From IMG/VR virus record IMGVR_UViG_3300045988_122072, positions 64,001-128,000 of that record: a stretch of 64,000 bases of DNA; one strand, written 5' to 3'. Positions 1-9,106 of the stretch are shown in pieces. The notes under the pieces were generated by a model. That model ran no database searches. It was not told the DNA's origin and saw only the letters and a list, made by a program, of their open reading frames with translations. Every line of letters begins with the position of its first letter. Within the stretch, counting starts at the first letter, position 1. The translations under genes and the position numbers were made by a program. This DNA comes from a virus.

Positions 1-1
1 A

Positions 2-484
2 TATCCAAGTGTGTGTGGGGCATATCATAGGAACTGGAGATTGTGGACTGAGAATCCAGATAAATTTGAAGAACAGCTAAATGCAATTTTGACTTTTTCT
101 GGAGTTGGAATGTTTCGATACAATGATGCAGGAGAAATTCCAGATTCAAGATTCCTTGCAATGATGTGTCGTGTTGCAGAAAAACATCCAGAAGTTATTT
201 TTCTTGCATATACGAAGAAATATGAAATGATTAATAGTTTTCTTGATAATGGAAATGAGATTCCAAAGAATTTAACAATTAGATTTTCTGCATGGGATAA
301 AAGCTGGAATGTTCCAAATCCGTATAATCTTCCTATGGCGTATGTCGATTTTAAGAAAAATGAAAATAATCCAGATATTCCAAACAACACATTTATGTGT
401 CCTGGTAATGGAAAAACTACTTGTTCGGCATGTAAAGTATGTTGGCGCAAGAACGTAAAATCAGTAGTATTTAAACAACATTAA
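2..484 (+). CDS. Cys-rich phage protein, 5' end cut by window edge; possibly GP88-like
   Basis: ORF track 11..484; in-frame codons 2-10 have no stop. C-terminal cluster CPGNGKTTCSACKVCW. Family assignment is from memory only. Confidence 0.5.
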   Translation, partial: YPSVCGAYHRNWRLWTENPDKFEEQLNAILTFSGVGMFRYNDAGEIPDSRFLAMMCRVAEKHPEVIFLAYTKKYEMINSFLDNGNEIPKNLTIRFSAWDKSWNVPNPYNLPMAYVDFKKNENNPDIPNNTFMCPGNGKTTCSACKVCWRKNVKSVVFKQH

Positions 485-485
485 A

Positions 486-500
486 CAATACAAAATTAAT
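486..500 (+). promoter_or_regulatory. leader motif copy (CAATACAAAATTAAT family)
   Basis: Reads caatacaaaattaat directly after the stop of the first ORF; no obvious promoter upstream. Confidence 0.6.
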
Positions 501-570
501 ATAAGGATGTGATATTTATGATTATTTGTAAACAATGTTTTAAAGGAGATGAACCGCGCAAGAAGGAAAC

Positions 571-584
571 AACACAAAATTAAG
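571..584 (+). promoter_or_regulatory. leader motif variant (AACACAAAATTAAG)
   Basis: Reads aacacaaaattaag and runs straight into the RBS GGAGG of the 596 gene. Confidence 0.45.
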
Positions 585-595
585 GAGGAACGAAA

Positions 596-1348
596 ATGAA
601 AATATTTGCAGTATCAGATATTCATTCGTTTTATACGCCTATGAAAGAAGCGCTTGATAAAGCTGGATTTGAGTCTGGGAATGAGCAACAGTTGCTAGTG
701 ATTTGTGGAGATTGCTTTGATAGGGGCAATGAAAGTCAACAGGTTTTAGACTATTTAATGAATGTACCAAATAAGGTACTTGTCAAAGGCAATCACGAGA
801 GCCTTTTCGAAGAGTTTTGTCAGCGCCGCTATCCTATGTCTCATGACTGGTCAAATGGTACGGCAAAAACTATTATGGATTTGGCTCCAGAAGCAAAAAA
901 CTGGGATGTCGCTTGCATGGTTGCAATTGAAAAGATGAAGCCGCTGCTAGATCAAATGGTTGATTACTATGAAACAGAAAACTATATATTCGTGCATAGC
1001 TTCGTTGCCCTAAAGTGCAATGATAATTATCCTGTATATTATACAAGAAATAGAAAGTTTGAGTATGATCCAGATTGGAGAACGGCTCACGCTTCTGCTT
1101 GGGAAACTGCCAGATGGGGAAATCCACTTGATCTTGCAATGAAAGGGCTAAACAAAACAGGGAAAACAATCATAGCGGGTCACTGGCACTGTTCGACTGG
1201 CTGGGCAATGGAAGCTGGTATCCCTGAGTTTGGATATGGTTCATGTTTTGAACCGTATTATTACAAGGATGAGCTAATTATGATTGATGCTTGTACAGCT
1301 TACACGCACAAAGTAAATATACTTGTGATTGAAGATAATTTAATTTGA
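596..1348 (+). CDS. calcineurin-like metallophosphoesterase / Ser-Thr phosphatase family
   Basis: Motifs SDIH, GDCFDRG, GNHE and GHWH in the translation; RBS TAAGGAGG 7 nt upstream. Confidence 0.85.
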   Translation: MKIFAVSDIHSFYTPMKEALDKAGFESGNEQQLLVICGDCFDRGNESQQVLDYLMNVPNKVLVKGNHESLFEEFCQRRYPMSHDWSNGTAKTIMDLAPEAKNWDVACMVAIEKMKPLLDQMVDYYETENYIFVHSFVALKCNDNYPVYYTRNRKFEYDPDWRTAHASAWETARWGNPLDLAMKGLNKTGKTIIAGHWHCSTGWAMEAGIPEFGYGSCFEPYYYKDELIMIDACTAYTHKVNILVIEDNLI

Positions 1349-1361
1349 AAGGAAATTAATT

Positions 1362-1736
1362 ATGAAAAACTGGTGGAAGAATCCTGTACTACAGGGAGAA
1401 GACAATGATTATGGTCAGTATGATTATCTTATTGAAGAGCTTCCACATGACGAAGCCAATTGGGAATGGTATTACAGAAAGTGTGATGCTTGCGGGAAAT
1501 ATCATAGGTTGAATTTTTATTCTAACCATTACTTTTACACGTATGACGGTTGGGATTCGTTTGATTATACTGATTGTTGGAAGTGCAGATTTGAGAATAA
1601 GGTTTGGGGAATCAAGAATAAAATTAAAAAGGAAATTAAAGCTCATAAGCTGGCGTTTTCTCTGCTAAATAGAAAACATTCTGTTAAGAGAAATCTTGAG
1701 TATTATAAACTTGGGCTTAAAATTGGTAGAAATTGA
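1362..1736 (+). CDS. hypothetical protein
   Basis: ORF track; RBS GAAAGGA upstream; followed by an intrinsic terminator. Confidence 0.6.
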   Translation: MKNWWKNPVLQGEDNDYGQYDYLIEELPHDEANWEWYYRKCDACGKYHRLNFYSNHYFYTYDGWDSFDYTDCWKCRFENKVWGIKNKIKKEIKAHKLAFSLLNRKHSVKRNLEYYKLGLKIGRN

Positions 1737-1762
1737 GACTCGTGAATAACGGGTCTCTTTTT
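1735..1762 (+). terminator. rho-independent terminator
   Basis: GAGACTCG-TGAATAA-CGGGTCTC hairpin followed by TTTTT. Confidence 0.75.
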
Positions 1763-1781
1763 AATTGAAAGGAGATTAATT

Positions 1782-2303
1782 ATGCAACATATTATCAAAA
1801 AAGGATATAAGTTATTTGAAATGAGGGATGACAATAAGTTATTCCCTCTTTTTATTTCTAAGACTACAGAAACACCAATGCATGAATGGGTTATGGCGGA
1901 AATAGTTGAATATCACCCTCAGTTTGCACATCGTCCGGGGTGGCATTTGGGTGCGGTAATTCCCTCTGCTCCATGGCTTATGTCTGCAAATGGAACTTAT
2001 AAAAGCCAAAGAGGAAAACGCTTCAAGAGAGTTTGGTGCGAAGTAGAATATGTGGCAGATATTGATTATACAGAAATTGTAGAAAAGCTTCCTAAGAAAT
2101 GTTTTACAGATAGATTACCTGATAATGGATTTTATAAATTCAGAGAATCTGGAAATAGACTCTGGGTTATTGCTGATAGAATCAGGATTACAAGAATTAT
2201 TAGTGAAGATGAAAGACAGAACATTTTGGTATCTATGAATTATAACGAAGCAGAAGCATTTGAACCTTATCGTAAGGCAATGAAAAAGAGGATGGCGAGT
2301 TGA
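1782..2303 (+). CDS. hypothetical protein
   Basis: ORF track; RBS GAAAGGAG upstream; no family recognised. Confidence 0.6.
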   Translation: MQHIIKKGYKLFEMRDDNKLFPLFISKTTETPMHEWVMAEIVEYHPQFAHRPGWHLGAVIPSAPWLMSANGTYKSQRGKRFKRVWCEVEYVADIDYTEIVEKLPKKCFTDRLPDNGFYKFRESGNRLWVIADRIRITRIISEDERQNILVSMNYNEAEAFEPYRKAMKKRMAS

Positions 2304-2322
2304 CAAAATATTCTCAAAATTC

Positions 2323-2351
2323 TTGACAAAACAAAATTAATGTGGTAAGAT
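2323..2351 (+). promoter_or_regulatory. sigma-A-type promoter
   Basis: TTGACA (2323-28), 17-nt spacer, TAAGAT (2346-51). Confidence 0.5.
2328..2341 (+). promoter_or_regulatory. leader motif variant (AAAACAAAATTAAT) inside a promoter spacer
   Basis: Reads aaaacaaaattaat between the -35 and -10 of the 2323 promoter. Confidence 0.45.
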
Positions 2352-2369
2352 TATCATAGAAAGGAAAGG

Positions 2370-2603
2370 ATGGTTTGGATGAAAACGTTATACGGATGTG
2401 AATCTGAAAACTGTGCAGCTTATTGTAAATTGCATGGGTGTTGTATGACGGTAAAGCAAATTAGGACAAAGAATTGTTTACAAAAGCAGTGTCATTATTT
2501 AGAAAAGATTGAAACACATGATTGGTGGAGGCAGAGAGCGGTCACAAAGCAAAGACGCATTGATAGAAAAGAAAAATTATATGGAGGTATCAAAAATGTA
2601 TAA
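2370..2603 (+). CDS. hypothetical Cys-rich small protein
   Basis: ORF track; RBS AAAGGAAAGG upstream. The 3' end overlaps the next gene. Confidence 0.4.
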   Translation: MVWMKTLYGCESENCAAYCKLHGCCMTVKQIRTKNCLQKQCHYLEKIETHDWWRQRAVTKQRRIDRKEKLYGGIKNV

Positions 2604-3018
2604 AAAGGTAAAGTATAATGGAGAACCTGCATTTGTATACTATAACGCAAATCCAAAAGAAAAAAATACTGATGATTGTGTAATTAGAGCAATCGCAGCA
2701 GCAGAGGGAAGAGAATGGGTGGACGTGTTAAAGCAACTGACTGATTATGCAATTAAAACTGGGTATATGACAACAGCTGTAGAAAATTATACCATATATT
2801 TTAAGGAAAACGGCTGGACAGAAAAATCACAGCCAAAGAAAGCGAATGGTAAAAAATATAAGGCATATGAATTTGCAAAAATTTATAACGGGAGATGTCT
2901 TGCTCATGTTGGAGTGCACCACATGAGCTATTTGTGTGATCATAGCTGGTACGATTCTTGGAACTGTACGGAAGGCGTCGTAGGGAAATATTGGGTTTAT
3001 GAAGGAGAGATTAAATGA
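2596..3018 (+). CDS. hypothetical protein (possible Cys/His peptidase-like)
   Basis: In frame with ORF 2509..3018; start moved to ATG 2596 behind RBS GGAGGT. Contains a DDCVIRAIA segment and a later HVGVHH. Confidence 0.5.
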   Translation: MYKKVKYNGEPAFVYYNANPKEKNTDDCVIRAIAAAEGREWVDVLKQLTDYAIKTGYMTTAVENYTIYFKENGWTEKSQPKKANGKKYKAYEFAKIYNGRCLAHVGVHHMSYLCDHSWYDSWNCTEGVVGKYWVYEGEIK

Positions 3019-3446
3019 GCTATGCTAATCAGAATTTTAATGAATGGCTTGCAGATAAGCAATTGAGCGGAAGATACAAGACAAAATTATATCTTGATGG
3101 TGATATAGAATGTCAAGCAGATCATAAAATCTATCATCTGAAAGGAATATATTATGTTGATTCAATGTATAATAATGGCGTTTACAGCTGCGTTAATGAA
3201 GATGGGATTGGAATAAGTGCAAAGCATAAAGATTTGGTTAGAATTGTTAAGCAAGTATATAACCAAAAGGATGTAGACAATTGGGTTAAATCTTCACGAG
3301 ATAAAAATCAGTATGTAGATACTTTCAACGGAACGCTTTGGTATATCGTATTGATGATTTTAGTAAGCTTATTTACTGGAAGGATTGTAGGCTGGATATT
3401 CATTACGATTGTATATTTTATATGGAAATATCAAAAACATAATTAA
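3015..3446 (+). CDS. hypothetical protein with C-terminal transmembrane segment
   Basis: ORF track; RBS GAAGGAG; start overlaps the upstream stop (ATGA). Hydrophobic tail WYIVLMILVSLF...WIFITIVYFIW. Confidence 0.55.
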   Translation: MSYANQNFNEWLADKQLSGRYKTKLYLDGDIECQADHKIYHLKGIYYVDSMYNNGVYSCVNEDGIGISAKHKDLVRIVKQVYNQKDVDNWVKSSRDKNQYVDTFNGTLWYIVLMILVSLFTGRIVGWIFITIVYFIWKYQKHN

Positions 3447-3463
3447 TATTAAGGAGGTAAATT

Positions 3464-4444
3464 ATGAACGGAAGACTTGAAGCTGAATTAAATAAACAAA
3501 AGTTAATTAAAGACAAACTTAAATATTTGCCTAAAGTTTTCGAAGAATTTTATTATTACATGGATGAAGATGATAGATCATATAATACTATTGAGCATTA
3601 TATTGATTATAATGTAGAATTTATGAACTATATTACAAACGGAAATAAAGATGAATATTATTATAAAAATGTAAATTCAACGCACATCAAACAATTTATT
3701 AGTTCACAACGTACTAAAGAAATTAATGGAGAGCTGGTTAGAATCGGTGATAGCATTTTGGCTACAAAATTTTCAGCTATTAAAAAATTCTTTTCATTTT
3801 TAATTGATTCAAATTATATTGATGAAAATCCGGTAGAAGGAGTTCGAAGACCAAAAGTTAAAACAGATCATACGGTTACATTTCTTGAAGAAAACGAAAT
3901 CAATAAGTTGTTTTCAAATATTAAAACAATGGCAAATGAAAGATTATTAAATAGAGATTTGTGTATGTTCTCTTTATTTATTTCTACTGGTCTTAGAAAA
4001 TCTGCGTTAGTGCAGATCAATGTGGAAGATGTTAATTTTAAGACAAATACAATTAAGGTAATTGAAAAAGGAAGAAAGGAAAGGTTGATTAGTTTTGGCG
4101 GAAATATGAGACAGCTTTTATTAAACTGGATTCAAGATAGAAGAGATTATTTTAAAGTAGAAGAAAGTGGGCCATTATTTGTTTCTCAATGGAATAATAG
4201 AATGTCTACAAAAAATGTAGAAATGTTGTTAGCGAAGTATCTAGATGGCGTGAGCGATAAACATATCACAGTTCATAAACTTAGGGCGACCGCTGCAACC
4301 CAAATGGCAGCACATGATGTCCCGGTTCAGGTTATAAAGGAAATGTTGAATCATGAAAATGTTTCTACAACAATGAGATATGTTGCTGCAATTGACAGCC
4401 AGAAGCAAGAAGCAGTCAATATTCTTGATAGCATCGTGAAATAA
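3464..4444 (+). CDS. tyrosine recombinase (XerC/D-like phage integrase family)
   Basis: C-terminal HKLRATAAT...HENVSTTMRYV (H-x-x-R and catalytic Y); RBS TAAGGAGG. Confidence 0.85.
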   Translation: MNGRLEAELNKQKLIKDKLKYLPKVFEEFYYYMDEDDRSYNTIEHYIDYNVEFMNYITNGNKDEYYYKNVNSTHIKQFISSQRTKEINGELVRIGDSILATKFSAIKKFFSFLIDSNYIDENPVEGVRRPKVKTDHTVTFLEENEINKLFSNIKTMANERLLNRDLCMFSLFISTGLRKSALVQINVEDVNFKTNTIKVIEKGRKERLISFGGNMRQLLLNWIQDRRDYFKVEESGPLFVSQWNNRMSTKNVEMLLAKYLDGVSDKHITVHKLRATAATQMAAHDVPVQVIKEMLNHENVSTTMRYVAAIDSQKQEAVNILDSIVK

Positions 4445-4446
4445 TC

Positions 4447-4475
4447 TTGACTAAATTAATATTGTATTGTATAAT
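4447..4475 (+). promoter_or_regulatory. sigma-A-type promoter
   Basis: TTGACT, 17-nt spacer, TATAAT. Confidence 0.6.
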
Positions 4476-4501
4476 GTAAACCATAGGGGAGTGAAAAGGA
4501 G

Positions 4502-5389
4502 ATGTTTGACAAAGAACAAAAAGAGGCATTTATAAAGGAATATTTAAAAAGTAAGGTAGTTGCAAAGACTAGCCTTTATGCGGTTTTCAGAAAGACGGAA
4601 CCATTTGAAGAGAAATTAAATAAAGATGTATCACAATTTACAAGAGAAGAAATATTGGATATGTTTGCGCAATTCAGAGCGAAATCTGTAAATTCATTAT
4701 TAAATTACGCCATCATATTGAAGCATTATTCACGTTTAATGCGTGGAGAAAATGAATATGAATCAATTACAAAGGCAGATGTTGTGGATCTCATTGATAA
4801 AAGCGGAAATATATTATTAAGTAGAGAAGAACTTGATGATATTGAAGCGCAACTTTTAAACTGGTCAGATAAAGCCATAGTTGAACTACTTTGGGAGGGT
4901 ATATCTGGCAAAAATATGATTGATATATATTCGGTCTCAGAAGAATGTATACAAGGTGATATGCTGTGCGTTAATGGAAAAGAATTTTATATGACTAACA
5001 GATTAAAAGAATTGTTACTAAAGGCTTTTGCCGAAACAGAGATCATGAGCTATGGCAATACAATGCGAATAGTTGAAGTAGAAGGCAAAGGAAGACTTTA
5101 CAAGGAAAGAGCAAATACTAGAGGCGTCGATTCTGACGATCAAAAATTCCGTTATTTCTATCGTCGTATTCAAATATTCAGAGAGTATTTAGATATACCA
5201 GGACTAACCATGAAGAATCTTAGCGCATCTGGAATGTTTTACTATATTCAACTTGGTATAAAGGAAACAGGTCTAGCGCTTAGAGAGTTTTTAAAAACTT
5301 CAAAAGGAAAAGAATTAGCAATTCAATATGGATTTGCAGAAGACTATTATGTTGATACGATAGCACAGAAATACGAGCAATATATTTAA
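4502..5389 (+). CDS. hypothetical protein downstream of the recombinase
   Basis: ORF track; RBS AAAAGGAG; no family recognised. Confidence 0.6.
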   Translation: MFDKEQKEAFIKEYLKSKVVAKTSLYAVFRKTEPFEEKLNKDVSQFTREEILDMFAQFRAKSVNSLLNYAIILKHYSRLMRGENEYESITKADVVDLIDKSGNILLSREELDDIEAQLLNWSDKAIVELLWEGISGKNMIDIYSVSEECIQGDMLCVNGKEFYMTNRLKELLLKAFAETEIMSYGNTMRIVEVEGKGRLYKERANTRGVDSDDQKFRYFYRRIQIFREYLDIPGLTMKNLSASGMFYYIQLGIKETGLALREFLKTSKGKELAIQYGFAEDYYVDTIAQKYEQYI

Positions 5390-5416
5390 TTATGTTGCTC
5401 ATTATTCAAATGCTTA

Positions 5417-5431
5417 CAGTACAAAATTAAT
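5417..5431 (+). promoter_or_regulatory. leader motif copy (CAGTACAAAATTAAT)
   Basis: Reads cagtacaaaattaat in the intergenic region, upstream of the 5464 promoter. Confidence 0.5.
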
Positions 5432-5463
5432 TAGGATATTGCAGGAAATATACGAACTAATGT

Positions 5464-5492
5464 TTGCATGTTATGGAAAAGTATAGTATAAT
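5464..5492 (+). promoter_or_regulatory. sigma-A-type promoter
   Basis: TTGCAT, 17-nt spacer, TATAAT. Confidence 0.5.
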
Positions 5493-5529
5493 AGTAGTAC
5501 AAACTTTAGACGAAAAGGGGAGAAAAAAC

Positions 5530-5781
5530 ATGAGACAATTAATCAAAGCATTAAAAGAAATAGAGGGGGCAAATGTGGACATCCATACTGAGCATAAGCT
5601 CTTTGGTAAACAACATATTCAAATGAAGTTTGTACCTGAAACGGAAGCAGGATGGGGGTTCTGTGTGCGTGGACAGGCAATTTATATTGATAAAGATGAT
5701 ATTGTTTCATATGATATTGACAACGAAAAGGTGGAAATTAACGGAAAAATGATGCATATTAAAATTATTCCAAGGGCTTGA
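5530..5781 (+). CDS. hypothetical protein
   Basis: In frame with ORF 5464..5781; start moved to ATG 5530 behind RBS AAAGGGGAG and downstream of the 5464 promoter. Confidence 0.5.
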   Translation: MRQLIKALKEIEGANVDIHTEHKLFGKQHIQMKFVPETEAGWGFCVRGQAIYIDKDDIVSYDIDNEKVEINGKMMHIKIIPRA

Positions 5782-5805
5782 CAAATTGGAAATATGTGGT
5801 ATAAT
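5778..5805 (+). promoter_or_regulatory. sigma-A-type promoter
   Basis: TTGACA, 16-nt spacer, TATAAT. Confidence 0.6.
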
Positions 5806-5835
5806 AAGGGCACAAGATAGGGGTCTGGTGCCCTT
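5806..5835 (+). other. 5'-leader stem-loop
   Basis: AAGGGCAC (5806-13) pairs with GTGCCCTT (5828-35), starting right after the -10 box. Confidence 0.4.
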
Positions 5836-5877
5836 GTAACTAACATATTTGCAGAAAGGGGGAAGCTGGATGTCGGT

Positions 5878-6102
5878 TTGGACATGAGCGTAAGTATGAG
5901 CGAGAAATATTATTGGCAGTGTCAACGATGCGGGGATATACATGAGACACGTTTTGAATATAAAACAGAAAATATGTTTGTAGATTTATATTGTGGGCAA
6001 TGTGAAACGGAAACCCCGCAATTGTATGTTGGAACGGATTTATTAGAAAAATATTTGTATATGAACCCAAATTTCGATGAGCGATTTTTTATTTATGATT
6101 AA
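5878..6102 (+). CDS. zinc-ribbon small protein (start uncertain: TTG 5878, ATG 5884 or 5896)
   Basis: ORF track; CQRCG...CGQCE pairs. Confidence 0.45.
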   Translation: MDMSVSMSEKYYWQCQRCGDIHETRFEYKTENMFVDLYCGQCETETPQLYVGTDLLEKYLYMNPNFDERFFIYD

Positions 6103-6104
6103 CA

Positions 6105-6119
6105 CAATACAAAATTAAT
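6105..6119 (+). promoter_or_regulatory. leader motif copy (CAATACAAAATTAAT)
   Basis: Exact 15-mer, 9 nt upstream of RBS AAAGGAG. Confidence 0.6.
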
Positions 6120-6141
6120 TTAAAAGGAGATATAAAGGCAT

Positions 6142-7281
6142 ATGAATAATTTCAGTTTTGTAGGCTATCTACGTAAGGTAAAGGACAAGGAAAATTTTAA
6201 AGGATTCGAATCGAAAACTTACGACAGCGGGTGGATGTCAGAAAGAACAAGATTCAATATTGTATGTGGCGATTCAAGCCATCTGGTAGAAGTTAATGCA
6301 GGACGTTGGATTGACGAGTCGAAGAACGTTATCTACGGATTTACCAAGGGAGATGCCAATAAGAAGGGTGAAACTTTCCAAGTTCCTTGGAATCAGAGAA
6401 ATAATCCAGATATCATTGAAAAAATGGCAGGTTTCAAGATCATGACGATAGATCTCGACACATATCAGCACCGTAAGGACGTAGAAGATAGCGGTGATGC
6501 TGAGGCTATTGCTAAGTCTAATAGTAAGAGAAAGCATTTTCTTGCTGGCACTGAATTCTGTGAGTATGTAAATAAGCTAGTCAATAGTGACAAGATTGCA
6601 AATGTAAAATTTAGAGTTAACGGTAACGTAACCTATACATATAGCGAAAAGAATGATAGATATTATTCAACTTTTGAAGTGAATAAGATTTACAGAGTAG
6701 ATGATTCTGTTGAATCTTCAAGTGAAGTCAACATTGATTTTTATTTTGGCAATGATTGCGTTGATGCAGATGATTATGACGAAACAGGACACGCAATTGT
6801 TAATGGTTGGACTCCGTTCTACGATGGAAATACAAAGAAGAATTGGTATTGCCCAATCACTCTTGCAATGAGATTCGGAACAGACGATAAGGGAAAGAAG
6901 CAGCTAAAGGGATGGAAGAAAATTTTTGATAAGTTTGAAGATGAAGAAATTCGTAGAATCGTACTAACATGCGACCAGATTAATGGGGCACAAAAAGTAG
7001 ATATTTCTTATGATGACCTCGATGAAGATACACGAGATAATATTGATTTTGGAATTATCTCTCTAGAAGACGTTATTAGGGATCTTGGTGGTCAGATGTA
7101 TGGCGATAGAATTCAGGAAATTAGAATCAACAAGCCGGGTCGTGGCTTCACTAAGGGATCTGAAACTACTATGTATACAATTGATGATATGAACCAGAAG
7201 CCTGTAAGAGAGATTGCGGCGAAGGTTGAAGATAATGACGAAGAGGACGAGGATATCGATCTTTTTGATGACGAACTTTGA
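6142..7281 (+). CDS. putative ssDNA-binding protein (acidic C-terminal tail)
   Basis: RBS AAAAGGAG. C-terminus EDNDEEDEDIDLFDDEL resembles SSB acidic tips. Sits at the head of the replication module. Function is inferred only. Confidence 0.45.
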   Translation: MNNFSFVGYLRKVKDKENFKGFESKTYDSGWMSERTRFNIVCGDSSHLVEVNAGRWIDESKNVIYGFTKGDANKKGETFQVPWNQRNNPDIIEKMAGFKIMTIDLDTYQHRKDVEDSGDAEAIAKSNSKRKHFLAGTEFCEYVNKLVNSDKIANVKFRVNGNVTYTYSEKNDRYYSTFEVNKIYRVDDSVESSSEVNIDFYFGNDCVDADDYDETGHAIVNGWTPFYDGNTKKNWYCPITLAMRFGTDDKGKKQLKGWKKIFDKFEDEEIRRIVLTCDQINGAQKVDISYDDLDEDTRDNIDFGIISLEDVIRDLGGQMYGDRIQEIRINKPGRGFTKGSETTMYTIDDMNQKPVREIAAKVEDNDEEDEDIDLFDDEL

Positions 7282-7284
7282 TAA

Positions 7285-7307
7285 GTAGGGGGATTAATTC
7301 TCCCTAC
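7285..7307 (+). other. stem-loop without U-tract
   Basis: GTAGGGGGA-TTAAT-TCTCCCTAC, immediately followed by a leader motif. Confidence 0.4.
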
Positions 7308-7321
7308 AACACAAAATTAAT
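7307..7321 (+). promoter_or_regulatory. leader motif copy (CAACACAAAATTAAT)
   Basis: Reads caacacaaaattaat; no promoter seen upstream. Confidence 0.55.
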
Positions 7322-7341
7322 TGATAAAAGGAGATAAGAAC

Positions 7342-8529
7342 ATGGCAAGAAAGTATGGACGTACATATAAACTAAGTAAGAATTTTGAAGATTATTCGTA
7401 TATCATTAACGGAATTGGTGGTATTGGTAAGACTACAATGGTTTATGAAATCGGTAAGCTAATCACTGGCAGTAATGAGGGCACATTTATTATCACTTGT
7501 GGCGTAGAAAATAAGCCAAAGCATATTGATGATGCATTCGGTGATGTTGCACCTGATTTTAAGACTTTTACTGACATTGTAAAGGAGCTTTGTGAAAACA
7601 AAGCAGATTATCCAGCAACCAAGTTCGTAGCTATTGATTCCATGGACGAATATGCAAGAATTACGGAGAATTATGTTGTGGCAGAGTGGAATAAGACTTG
7701 TGACATCAATGATAGAGCGAAGTCAATTTCTCAGGCTTACAAGGGATTCCAAAAGGGCGAGAACAGAGCTTGCGATTTGATGCTAAACCAGATCATGAAG
7801 CTACAAAATGCGGGTTATTCGCTACTACTCGTAGGCCACACAAAGACAAAACTCAAGGAAGACGTTATTACGAAGGTTCAATTTGAGCAACTTACATGTA
7901 ATCTTGATAACAAATATTATAACGCATTAAAGGACAAAGTGAATTTGGTCGTAATGTGTTATAACGAAAACGTTGTTGATAACATTGAGGAGAAGAAGAA
8001 TGCTTTTACTAAGAAGATGGAGAAGATTGGTCAGCTTACTGATCGTAAGAGAGTGATGGTCTTTGCAGATACGGAAAACGCCGTTGATTGTAAGAGCCAT
8101 TTCCCGTACATTGTAGCAAAAGCCGATTTTGGAGCCGCCAATTTTATTAAGGCAGTTAGAGATGCGCTTGAAGAACAGAGCAAGCATCCAAATTGCGAAG
8201 CCGATATTTCAAAAGTCAAGAAGCTAAACGCAAATGAAGAATCGCTTGAAGACCACGTAACCGTCACAAAGGAAGAAGCACAGGAGCTTCACGATATGGG
8301 AGCAGTTCTTCTAGACGATGAAGATGAGGATCTAGACTCTCCGCCTTTTGATGCAGATGATGATGAAGAGCCATTTGATGTAGAATCTGCCAAGGCAAAT
8401 TTACGCAGCCTTTTTAAAACTGGCACAGCAGAGCAGAAGAAGGCAGTAAAGGAAATCCGTGGCGATAAGACTTTAGCTCAGATTAGCGATCAAGAGACCA
8501 TTGAGAAGATGTTGGCGGTATTTGAATAA
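7342..8529 (+). CDS. P-loop AAA ATPase (AAA_24 / Sak4-like)
   Basis: Walker A INGIGGIGKTT; acidic C-terminal region. Start moved to ATG 7342 behind RBS AAAAGGAG. Confidence 0.65.
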   Translation: MARKYGRTYKLSKNFEDYSYIINGIGGIGKTTMVYEIGKLITGSNEGTFIITCGVENKPKHIDDAFGDVAPDFKTFTDIVKELCENKADYPATKFVAIDSMDEYARITENYVVAEWNKTCDINDRAKSISQAYKGFQKGENRACDLMLNQIMKLQNAGYSLLLVGHTKTKLKEDVITKVQFEQLTCNLDNKYYNALKDKVNLVVMCYNENVVDNIEEKKNAFTKKMEKIGQLTDRKRVMVFADTENAVDCKSHFPYIVAKADFGAANFIKAVRDALEEQSKHPNCEADISKVKKLNANEESLEDHVTVTKEEAQELHDMGAVLLDDEDEDLDSPPFDADDDEEPFDVESAKANLRSLFKTGTAEQKKAVKEIRGDKTLAQISDQETIEKMLAVFE

Positions 8530-8599
8530 ACAATTTATGGAGGAGGTGGAGGTTCTGCCTCCTCCAATGTTTAGAAATATGAGTGAAAGGAGAATGGAA

Positions 8600-9106
8600 A
8601 TGAGGCAAGTTAAATGCCGTAACTGTGGCACATTTATCAATAGAGACTCTGCCATTAGCGTCCAAAATGGAAAGGCAAAACTATGGTATTGCAATTCTTC
8701 GTGTTTAGAGCAAGCAACAAAAAATGCGTTAGAAACTGCAAAGAAAAAAGAAGAATATGACTCTATTTTTGAAGAGACGAAAGTTATATTTGGATATGAT
8801 TTTCAGGGATATAGTCTTCTAAAAAAAGAAGTTCAAAACTGGGAAAAACTCGCGAATAGAAATAAGATATTAAATTATCTTAAAGAAAACGAAAATTATT
8901 TATCTTCTATCTTGGCAAAAAAAGAATTTGCAAATGACTATAATAGAATAAGATATTATAGCGTTATTGTATCTTCAAAATTGCACGATTATCAAGGTAA
9001 AACAGAAGAGAAAGTTGTCCCGAAGGTTGATATGATTTTTTACGAACCAAGCCAAACGAGCAACAACAAACGTAGATCATTGGAGGACTTGGAGGATGAA
9101 TTTTAA
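8600..9106 (+). CDS. hypothetical zinc-ribbon protein
   Basis: In frame with ORF 8501..9106; ATG 8600 lies 7 nt after RBS AAAGGAG. CRNCG...CNSSC. Confidence 0.5.
   Translation: MRQVKCRNCGTFINRDSAISVQNGKAKLWYCNSSCLEQATKNALETAKKKEEYDSIFEETKVIFGYDFQGYSLLKKEVQNWEKLANRNKILNYLKENENYLSSILAKKEFANDYNRIRYYSVIVSSKLHDYQGKTEEKVVPKVDMIFYEPSQTSNNKRRSLEDLEDEF

Noticed and set aside
2370-3018. Programmed frameshift fusing ORF 2370..2603 with ORF 2509..3018
   Set aside because: A strong RBS (GGAGGT) precedes an internal ATG at 2596, which explains the second ORF as an independent gene. No slippery sequence was noticed.
7285-7307. Intrinsic terminator after the SSB-like gene
   Set aside because: The hairpin is good but is followed by AACACAAAATT rather than a U-tract. 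It is kept only as a stem-loop of unknown role.
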